A DNA stretch of 55,093 nt from Acidimicrobiia bacterium. Its GTDB lineage: Bacteria > Actinomycetota > Acidimicrobiia > Acidimicrobiales > CATQHL01. Below the pieces are notes generated by a model that was not told where the DNA came from, did no database searches, and saw nothing but the letters and a program-made list of their open reading frames with translations. Positions 10,159 to 17,498 of this stretch are shown here, piece by piece. A program made the position numbers and the translations under genes. Location: positions 1 to 55,093 of the forward strand of contig JAGWAL010000012.1 in NCBI GenBank assembly GCA_021296415.1, written 5' to 3'. The first letter of the stretch is position 1. Every line of letters starts with the position of its first letter.

Positions 10159-10410
10159 ATGGTCGTCCTGTGCTGGCTACTCCTCCTCTATGCCCTGGCT
10201 TTCCTCCTGCGCGCCGTCCTGAGCTGGTTCCCGATCCGATCCGAAAGCGTGGCGGCCACTCTCGCCGGCGGACTCCTCATGGTCACCGATCCGATCCTCC
10301 GCCCGCTGCGCCGGATGCTCCGGCCGCTGCGCGTCGGCAACGTGGCGCTGGACTTCGCCCCGACCATCGTCATGGTGGTGCTCTTCTACGTGCGCAGCCG
10401 GATCTGCTGA
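10159..10410 (+). CDS. yggT: YggT family membrane protein
   Basis: LSWFP...VTDPILRPLRR...LDFAP motif. Confidence 0.9.
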   Translation: MVVLCWLLLLYALAFLLRAVLSWFPIRSESVAATLAGGLLMVTDPILRPLRRMLRPLRVGNVALDFAPTIVMVVLFYVRSRIC

Positions 10411-10470
10411 CCGCTGCCGAGGGCCCGGGCATGTGTCTGGCCGTCCCGGCCGAGCACTATGGTTGAATCC

Positions 10471-10932
10471 ATGGAGCTCTCGCCGGAAACCCTGCGCGAC
10501 GCGCAGTTCACGGAGCGGTTCCGCGGTTACGACGCCGCCGAGGTGGACTCGTTCCTCGACGAGGCGGCGACGGCTCTGGAGGAGTTGCTGGCCGAGGCCA
10601 GCGCGCCGATGGCGGCCCTGGCCGCCGAGCGGGCTCGCCTGGCCATCGAGGAGGTTCGGCGCGGGACGCTCGCGGCGATGGAGGAGTTGCGCCAGGAGCG
10701 CGAGGATCTCGAGTCGGCCGTGGCGGAGTTGCGCCGGATGCTCGAGGAGCGCCGCCGGGGAGTCGTCGACGAGCTGGCGCGGATCGACGCGGCGCTCGAG
10801 GAGATGCCGCAGGTCGGGGGCCCCGGGGAGGCAGGCGCCTGCAACGGCGAGGGAGCCGACTCCGGAGCCGACACCTTCCTCGCCCGACTCGAGCAGGCCG
10901 CCGCGGAGGGCGAGACGCCGGACGCCGGCTAG
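10471..10932 (+). CDS. divIVA: DivIVA domain protein
   Basis: LSPETLRDAQF...RGYDAAEVDSFLD followed by coiled coil; TATGGT-N7-ATG start. Confidence 0.85.
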   Translation: MELSPETLRDAQFTERFRGYDAAEVDSFLDEAATALEELLAEASAPMAALAAERARLAIEEVRRGTLAAMEELRQEREDLESAVAELRRMLEERRRGVVDELARIDAALEEMPQVGGPGEAGACNGEGADSGADTFLARLEQAAAEGETPDAG

Positions 10933-10944
10933 ATCGGCGGCCGC

Positions 10945-13900
10945 TCAGGGGACGCGCGCCATCGCGAAGCGGATCTCCCGGCCGTCGACACTGCCCGCTC
11001 CCACACCCTCGCCGGGTTGCAGCTCGCCACGGCGGACGGCGACGGCGAGGACCTGCTCGGCGACGTAGCGCTCGTGCGCCACGAGCGCGCTCGCCAGCTC
11101 CTCCGGCAGGTCGAGCGTCAACTCGATCCGGTCCGCCACGTGCAAGCCATGGTTGCGCCGGCCCTGCTGGAGGATCCGCACGAGATGGCGCGCCGCTCCC
11201 TCGGCGCGGAGCCCATCGTCGAGTTCCGTGTCGAGGGTGACCACGAGATCGGCACTCCGGAGGGCGGCGCTGGGACGGTCCTCGGCGGTCTGCAGCACCA
11301 GGTCGTACTGCTCGGCCGCCAGGCGATGCCCGGCCACGGTGACGGTCCCGTCGCCGGACCGGGTCCACTCGCCGGCGCGGGCCGCAGCCATGACCGCCTG
11401 CGTGGCCGGTCCCAGCAGGGGCCCAAGCACCTCGCCGCGCGGGCGCAGCACGAAACGGATGGCGTCGTCGAGTTCCTCGGTGAGCTCGACCGATTTGACG
11501 TTGATCTCCGCGGCGATGAGATCCGCGAAGGGCGCCAACCCGGAGGCCCCGCGACCGGCGACCCGCGCCGAGCGCAAGGGCTGGCGCGCCGGCAGCGAGC
11601 GTGCCACGCGCACGCCGAGAGCCGCCGAGCAGACCTCGCGCGCCCGGTCCATGACCGCCACCAGCTCGTCGTCGGCGGGCAGCGCCTCGGCGTCGGGCCA
11701 GTCGCAGAGGTGGACGCTGCCGGCGGCGCCCAGACCGCGGTGGATCGACTCGCACACGAGGGGCAGCAGCGGCGCCGCCACCTGCACCAGCGTGGTGAGC
11801 ACCGTGTACAGGGTGTCGTAGGCGGACTGCTTGTCCGCCGGGTCGGCCGCGGCGGCGGGCGCCCAGAAGCGATCCCGGCTGCGGCGTATGTACCAGTTGT
11901 TGACGGTCCCCAGGAACGCCTCGATCTCCGCGCAGGCCCCCGGCACGTCGTAGCGGTCGAGTCGCTCGGCCACGCCCGCAACCAGATGGCGCGTCTTGGC
12001 CAGCACGTAGCGGTCCAGGACGTCGCTGGAGGAGGCGTTCCAGGCGCCGCGGGAGCGGTCGGCGTTGGCGTACATGCAGAAGAACACGTAGGCGTTCCAC
12101 AGCGGGTGCAGGACGCCGCGCACGACGGCGTCGATGCCCGCGTCGCTCATCCGCAGATCGCCGCCGCGCAGCACCGGCGAGGACATCAGGTACCAGCGGA
12201 GGGCGTCGGAGCCCTGGCGACCGAAGATGATCTCCGGATCCGTGTAGTTGCGCAGGCGCTTGGAGAGTTTCGCCCCGTCGGCGGCCAGGACGACACCGTG
12301 GCAGACGGCGTTGCGGAACGGCGGACGATCGAAGAGCGCCGTTGCCAGCACGTGCAGGGTGTAGAACCAGCCGCGCGTCTGGTTCACGTACTCCACGATG
12401 AAGTCGGCGGGGAAGTGGTCCTCGAACCACTCCTTGTTCTCGAACGGGTAGTGCACCTGGGCGTAGGGCATGGACCCCGACTCGAACCAGCAGTCCAGCA
12501 CGTCCGGGACGCGCCGCATGACCGATCGCCCGGTCGGGTCGTCGGGATTCGGCCTGACCAGGGAGTCGACGAAGGGGCGGTGCAGGTCGTCGGGTCGCAC
12601 CCCGAAGTCGCGCTCGATCTCGTCGAGGCTCCCGTAGACGTCGAGGCGCGGCCAGGCCGGATCGTCCGACCGCCACACCGGCACGGGGGATCCCCAGAAG
12701 CGGTTGCGGCTGATGGACCAGTCGCGGGCCCCCTCCAGCCAGTTGCCGAAACGCCCGTCGCGCACGTGGCCGGGTATCCAGTTGATCTGCCGGTTCAACT
12801 CCACCATGCGCTCCCGGATTGCGCTCACCCGCACGTACCAGGAGTTGAGGGCGCGGTAGATGACCGGCGTGTCGGTGCGCCAGCAGTGCGGGTAGTTGTG
12901 GACGACGCTGTCGTGGCGGACGACGAGCCCGCGGCCCTTCAGATGGGCGATGATCTTCGGGTTGGCGTCGAACACGTTGCAGCCGGCCCAGTCGGCGACC
13001 GGCTGGGTGAATCGGCCCACCTCGTCGACGGGGACCACCACGTCGATGCCGGCACCCTCGCAGAGCCGCTGGTCCTCCTCGCCGAACCCGGGTGCCATGT
13101 GCACGATCCCGGTGCCTTCGGCAGTGTCCACGAAGTCGGCGCCGAGCACCACGAAGGCGCCGTCGGTGCCTGCGAAATAGTCGAACAGCGGCTCGTAGCG
13201 ACGACCGAGCAGATCCCGGCCGCGGACCGATCCGCAGGGCCGGGCGTCGGCAAGCTGCTTGCCGTAGCGCTCCACGGCGCCGGCGGCAAGCAGGTGGCGC
13301 CGTGGGCCGTCGGGCGTCGTCTCCTCGAAGACGGCGTAGTCGGTCTCCGGGTCGACCGCCAGCGCCAGGTTCGACGGGAGGGTCCACGGCGTCGTCGTCC
13401 AGGCCCAAAGGTGCAGGGGCGCGGGATCATCCGATGCCCGCAGCAGGCCGAACGCCACGGTGACGGCGGGATCGGTCCGCGGCCGCGTCGCATCGTCCAT
13501 GCGGATCTCGAAGTTGGAGAGCGGTGTCTCCGCCCCCCACGAGTATGGCAGCACCCGGTACGACTCGTAGACGAGATCCTTGTCCCAGAGTCGCTTGAAC
13601 GCCCACATCACGCTCTCCATGAAGGGGAGGTCCATCGTCTTGTAGTCGTGCTCGAAATCCACCCACCGGGCCTGGCGATTCACGTACCGCTGCCACTCGT
13701 CGGTGTAGCGCATGACCGAGTGGCGGCAGTGGGCGTTGAACCGATCGATGCCGAAGTCGGTGATCGCTCGCCTGCCCGAGACGCCGAGTTCCTTCTCCGC
13801 CTCCATCTCCGGAGGCAGGCCGTGGCAGTCCCAGCCGAAACGTCGCTCAACCCGTCGGCCGCGCATCGTCTGGTAACGCGGGATCACGTCCTTCACGTAG

Positions 13901-14115
13901 CCGGTCAGCAGGTTTCCGGTGTGCGGCAGGCCGTTGGCGAACGGCGGTCCGTCGTAGAAGACGTACTCGTTGGCACCGCGCTCTCCGGCAGGACGAGCGT
14001 CGACGGACGCCTGGAACGCGCCCTCCGCCGCCCACAGGCGGAGGATCTCGGCCTCGACGGCCGTGAAGTCGGGTTTCGGATCAACGTCGGGATACCGCGC
14101 CGGCACACCACCCAT
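10945..14115 (-). CDS. ileS: isoleucine--tRNA ligase, type 2 (IleRS2)
   Basis: YDGPPFANGLPHTGN, GWDCHGLP, WTTTPWTLP, DWSISRNRFWG, QTRGWFY, KLSKR; long IleRS2-type C-terminus without zinc finger. Confidence 0.96.
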   Translation of the reverse strand: MGGVPARYPDVDPKPDFTAVEAEILRLWAAEGAFQASVDARPAGERGANEYVFYDGPPFANGLPHTGNLLTGYVKDVIPRYQTMRGRRVERRFGWDCHGLPPEMEAEKELGVSGRRAITDFGIDRFNAHCRHSVMRYTDEWQRYVNRQARWVDFEHDYKTMDLPFMESVMWAFKRLWDKDLVYESYRVLPYSWGAETPLSNFEIRMDDATRPRTDPAVTVAFGLLRASDDPAPLHLWAWTTTPWTLPSNLALAVDPETDYAVFEETTPDGPRRHLLAAGAVERYGKQLADARPCGSVRGRDLLGRRYEPLFDYFAGTDGAFVVLGADFVDTAEGTGIVHMAPGFGEEDQRLCEGAGIDVVVPVDEVGRFTQPVADWAGCNVFDANPKIIAHLKGRGLVVRHDSVVHNYPHCWRTDTPVIYRALNSWYVRVSAIRERMVELNRQINWIPGHVRDGRFGNWLEGARDWSISRNRFWGSPVPVWRSDDPAWPRLDVYGSLDEIERDFGVRPDDLHRPFVDSLVRPNPDDPTGRSVMRRVPDVLDCWFESGSMPYAQVHYPFENKEWFEDHFPADFIVEYVNQTRGWFYTLHVLATALFDRPPFRNAVCHGVVLAADGAKLSKRLRNYTDPEIIFGRQGSDALRWYLMSSPVLRGGDLRMSDAGIDAVVRGVLHPLWNAYVFFCMYANADRSRGAWNASSSDVLDRYVLAKTRHLVAGVAERLDRYDVPGACAEIEAFLGTVNNWYIRRSRDRFWAPAAAADPADKQSAYDTLYTVLTTLVQVAAPLLPLVCESIHRGLGAAGSVHLCDWPDAEALPADDELVAVMDRAREVCSAALGVRVARSLPARQPLRSARVAGRGASGLAPFADLIAAEINVKSVELTEELDDAIRFVLRPRGEVLGPLLGPATQAVMAAARAGEWTRSGDGTVTVAGHRLAAEQYDLVLQTAEDRPSAALRSADLVVTLDTELDDGLRAEGAARHLVRILQQGRRNHGLHVADRIELTLDLPEELASALVAHERYVAEQVLAVAVRRGELQPGEGVGAGSVDGREIRFAMARVP

Positions 14116-14302
14116 GGCGTAGGAAAATACCGCGGAAGCAGCCGAGAGCCGCGTCCGGCGGCGACCGAAGGTGCGGCGGGGACTCAGCCGCGAGCCCCCG
14201 ATGGGGGTCGCAGCCGCTGTCGGCGCCCCCATGGCCGGCGGCTAGAGTTGTCCCGCCCATCGCCGAGGTGCGGCAACCGGTCGAACCCGCCAGGAGGAGC
14301 AG

Positions 14303-14731
14303 GTGGTCCCATCCGGGAGTTCTCCCGACAAGGATCCGGGCGCGCCCGCGGGTCGGCGTCTCGACGACGCCTTCCTCGAGGAGCAGCGCCACAGGCTGCT
14401 GGAGGAGCGAGCCCGCTACGTCAAGTCGGCCGAGACGATGGCCGCCGAGGCCGCCGCGCTGCTCGACGACCGCGAGCCGGGCGACCTGCAGTTCGACGAG
14501 GAGTCGGGCGAGGGTGACAGCTGGGCGGTGGAGCGCGAGCGGGATCTGGCCTTGAGCGCCGCCGCCCGCGCCGCCGTCGAGTTGATCGACGATGCCCTGC
14601 GGCGGATCGAGGACGGGACGTACGGCATCTGCATCGTGTCCGGAAAGCCAATCCAGAAGGAGCGCCTGCGTGCCATACCCTGGGCAGCCGAGCGGGTCGA
14701 GTACAAGGCCGGTGGCCTCCGACGGCGCTGA
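14303..14731 (+). CDS. DksA/TraR-like protein (one-Cys variant)
   Basis: Coiled coil then IDDALRRIEDGTYGICIVSGKPIQKERLRAIPWA; AGGAGG upstream. Confidence 0.85.
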   Translation: MVPSGSSPDKDPGAPAGRRLDDAFLEEQRHRLLEERARYVKSAETMAAEAAALLDDREPGDLQFDEESGEGDSWAVERERDLALSAAARAAVELIDDALRRIEDGTYGICIVSGKPIQKERLRAIPWAAERVEYKAGGLRRR

Positions 14732-15227
14732 GGCACGCGGCTCGGCCAGGAACAACCGCCTGCTGCTGATCGCGGTCGCGGCCGCGGTCCTGCTCGCAGA
14801 TCAGTTGACGAAACTCTGGGCGCTCCGCGCGCTGCAGGACGACAGCATCCACCTCTTCTGGACGATCCGCCTGCGGCTGGTGTTCAACCAGGGCACGGCG
14901 TTCGGGCTGGGTGCCTCGCTGGCACCCGTGATCACCGTGGCGGCCCTCGTCGTGTCCCTGTCGCTCATCGCTCTGACCTGGTCGACCCCGCGGCCCGGCG
15001 TCGCCGCCCTGGCCGGGCTGGTGCTCGGCGGGGCGCTGGGCAACCTGGGTGATCGAGCCTTCCGGGGGGACGGCTTCTTCGGCGGGAGTGTCGTGGACTT
15101 CGTGGACCCGCAGTGGTGGCCGGTCTTCAACGTCGCCGATGCCGCCATCTCCGTCGGCGTGGTGTTTTTCCTGGTGCTCGGCGTCCGCTCGGGCGTGCGA
15201 GGCGAGCCGCTGCTGGGCGAATCGTGA
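14712..15227 (+). CDS. lspA: lipoprotein signal peptidase II
   Basis: DQLTK, NQGTAFG, GGALGNLGDR, VVDF, FNVAD motifs; start approximate. Confidence 0.93.
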   Translation: MASDGAEARGSARNNRLLLIAVAAAVLLADQLTKLWALRALQDDSIHLFWTIRLRLVFNQGTAFGLGASLAPVITVAALVVSLSLIALTWSTPRPGVAALAGLVLGGALGNLGDRAFRGDGFFGGSVVDFVDPQWWPVFNVADAAISVGVVFFLVLGVRSGVRGEPLLGES

Positions 15228-16162
15228 CCACCTCCATCCCGCCGGCTCTGGCGGGCGAGCGGCTGGATCGGGCGGTGTCGCTGCTGTGGCAGTGCAGCCG
15301 AGCCGAATCGGCGGCGCTGGTGGCGGCCGGTGCGGTGCGGGTGAACGGCGCCACCGAGACCGGCCGCGCCGCACGGCTGCGCGCCGGTGACGAGGTGATC
15401 GTGGCGGATGAGGCGCTCGAGCGGCACCGCAGGACCGCCGATCCCGAACCCGAAGCGAGCGTTGCCGTGGCGGTGGTCCACGAGGATCGGGACCTCGTCG
15501 TCGTGGACAAGCCGGCCGGGCTCGTGGTGCACCCGGGAGCCGGCAGGACGACGGGAACGCTCTGCGCGGGGCTGCTGGCCCGCTACCCGGAGATCGCCGG
15601 CATCGGCGAGCGATCCCGTCCGGGGATCGTGCACCGGCTCGACGCCGGTACCAGCGGCCTGCTCGTCGCCGCCCGCTCGCGGCGCGCCTACGAATCGCTC
15701 GTGGGGCAGTTGGCCGATCGGACCGTGCGCCGCAGCTACGAGGCGCTCTGCTGGGGCACCGTGGGCGACGACCGGGGCGTCATCGATGCGCCCGTCGGCC
15801 GGTCGGGAAAGCGTCCGACGCAGATGACGATCACCGAACGCGGCCGGGCGGCGCGGACCGCCTACGAGGTGCGCCGGCGCTACCGCCGTCCGGCATCGGT
15901 CAGCCACCTCGACTGCCGCCTCGAGACCGGCCGGACCCACCAGATCCGGGTCCACCTCGCCGCGATCGGCCATCCGCTGCTGGGCGACGAGGTCTACGGC
16001 GCCCGGGCTGGCGCCGGGCACCCCCCGGCGGCCGTGCGGCTCGATCGCCCTGGCCTGCACGCCGCGGCCCTGGGATTCCTCCACCCCCACGACGGCCGCG
16101 CCGTGGAGTTCCGGAGCCCGCTCCCGCAGGACCTCGCCGCGGTACTCGCCCGCCTCAGCTAG
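15224..16162 (+). CDS. rluD: RluA/RluD family pseudouridine synthase
   Basis: S4-like RLD N-terminus, KPAGLVVHPG, HRLDAGTSG, ETGRTHQIRVH. Confidence 0.92.
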   Translation: MTTSIPPALAGERLDRAVSLLWQCSRAESAALVAAGAVRVNGATETGRAARLRAGDEVIVADEALERHRRTADPEPEASVAVAVVHEDRDLVVVDKPAGLVVHPGAGRTTGTLCAGLLARYPEIAGIGERSRPGIVHRLDAGTSGLLVAARSRRAYESLVGQLADRTVRRSYEALCWGTVGDDRGVIDAPVGRSGKRPTQMTITERGRAARTAYEVRRRYRRPASVSHLDCRLETGRTHQIRVHLAAIGHPLLGDEVYGARAGAGHPPAAVRLDRPGLHAAALGFLHPHDGRAVEFRSPLPQDLAAVLARLS

Positions 16163-16186
16163 CACCGCTGGGCGAGGCGCCGGCGC

Positions 16187-16642
16187 TCAGTCCGGCGCCC
16201 CCTCGGCTTCGTCGGGCCAGGGGAGCGTCCCGCCGGCCATGGCCGCGATGTCCGCCAGACTGAAGGAGGAGAGCAGGCGGCGCATCTCCACCCCGACGGA
16301 GGCCCAGACCGCCAGGAGGACGCATTGGCCCTCGTGGTCGCAGGCGCCGTCCTTGTGCGGCTCCCCGAAGTCGTCGGCCACGATCGGCGCCTCCACGGCG
16401 CTCACGATCTCGCTGAGGTAGATCCGATCGGAGGGTCTCGCCAGCCGGTAGCCACCGCCGACGCCGCGCTTGGACAGGACCAGGCCCGCACCCTTGAGCG
16501 CCAGCAGGATCTGCTCGAGGTAGGGCTGCGGCAGACCGGTGCGGTCGGCGATGTCGCGCGCCGACTGGGGCGAGTCCGCTTCGTGCAGCGTCAGGGACAG
16601 CAGGGCGCGGCTGGCGTAGTCCGCCCTGGTCGAAACCTTCAC
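16187..16642 (-). CDS. Rrf2 family transcriptional regulator
   Basis: STRADYA...YLEQIL...SKRGVGGGYRLAR; two C-terminal Cys; TACGCT-N7-GTG start. Confidence 0.9.
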   Translation of the reverse strand: MKVSTRADYASRALLSLTLHEADSPQSARDIADRTGLPQPYLEQILLALKGAGLVLSKRGVGGGYRLARPSDRIYLSEIVSAVEAPIVADDFGEPHKDGACDHEGQCVLLAVWASVGVEMRRLLSSFSLADIAAMAGGTLPWPDEAEGAPD

Positions 16643-16761
16643 ACCTGCGAGCGTACCGGTTCCGTTGCCGCCGGCCGGGAGGTGTCGCGCCCGTTGGAGC
16701 CGCCGGTGGCGCCGCTAACGTCACAGCCACCGGATCATCCTCGACCTTGGAGCCGGCAAGC

Positions 16762-17256
16762 ATGTCCGACAGCATCGACCAGACCCCCGAGCAGGCGGAG
16801 ATCGTCGAGGCCGAGGCGCGCGGCGCCGAGGAATCGCAGGGAGACGCCATCGAGCAACCGGCCAAGGTGATGCGTGTCGGCGCCATGCTGCGCGGCCTCC
16901 TGGACGAGGTCAGGGAGGCGCCGCTCGACGAGCGCAGCCGCGATCGGCTGCGGGACATCTACGAGATTTCGCTGCAGGAACTGGGTTCGGCGCTCTCACC
17001 GGACCTGCGCGAGGAACTCGAGCGCCTGGCGCAGCCGTTCCCCGAGACCGAGGTTCCGACGGAGGGGGAGTTGCGCGTCGCCAAGGCGCAGCTGGTGGGC
17101 TGGCTGGAAGGGCTTATCCAGGGCATACAGGCCACGCTCTACGCCCAGCAGCTCATGGCCCGCCGGCAGTTGGCGGACATGCGGGGCCAACTGCCCCCGA
17201 TCCGCTCCGCGGCAGAGGGCCGCACACCGGAGGATCGACCCGGCAACTATCTCTGA
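16762..17256 (+). CDS. bpa: bacterial proteasome activator Bpa/PafE (DUF2587)
   Basis: EQPAKVMRVGAM..LLDEVR, ELRVAKAQLVGWLEGL, C-terminal GNYL (HbYX). Confidence 0.92.
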   Translation: MSDSIDQTPEQAEIVEAEARGAEESQGDAIEQPAKVMRVGAMLRGLLDEVREAPLDERSRDRLRDIYEISLQELGSALSPDLREELERLAQPFPETEVPTEGELRVAKAQLVGWLEGLIQGIQATLYAQQLMARRQLADMRGQLPPIRSAAEGRTPEDRPGNYL

Positions 17257-17270
17257 GCCGGCTCCGGGCC

Positions 17271-17338
17271 GGGGTGCCGTTTGCTCCTTCGGCGCGTGTC
17301 CGGTCGGGGCGTGGGGTGCCGTTTGCTCCTTCGGCGCG
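17271..17338. repeat. two exact 26-bp direct repeats GGGGTGCCGTTTGCTCCTTCGGCGCG with 16-bp spacer
   Basis: Copies at 17271-17296 and 17313-17338. Confidence 0.9.
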
Positions 17339-17474
17339 GGCGCAAGGCGTCGCAAAGCGGCCCCCCGGACCCCTCCCTCGGGGTTTGGTCCGTCCGCTCG
17401 GGGCGTGGGCGGTGGTCTGATGCTCGAGAGTCCGGATGCGGCTATGGTCGGCGGTGAAAGGACAGCGCTGTCAT

Positions 17475-17483
17475 TTGTCCACA
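17475..17483 (+). promoter_or_regulatory. DnaA box TTGTCCACA abutting the dnaE RBS
   Basis: Perfect match to the TT(G/A)TCCACA consensus, overlapping AGGAGG at 17483-17488. Confidence 0.55.
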
Positions 17484-17498
17484 GGAGGTGGGGACATC

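Noticed and set aside
14116-14300. ileS T-box riboswitch
   Set aside because: No T-box consensus or specifier stem was recognised on the minus strand.
17271-17338. Mini CRISPR array
   Set aside because: Only two repeats, a 16-nt spacer and no cas genes in the window.
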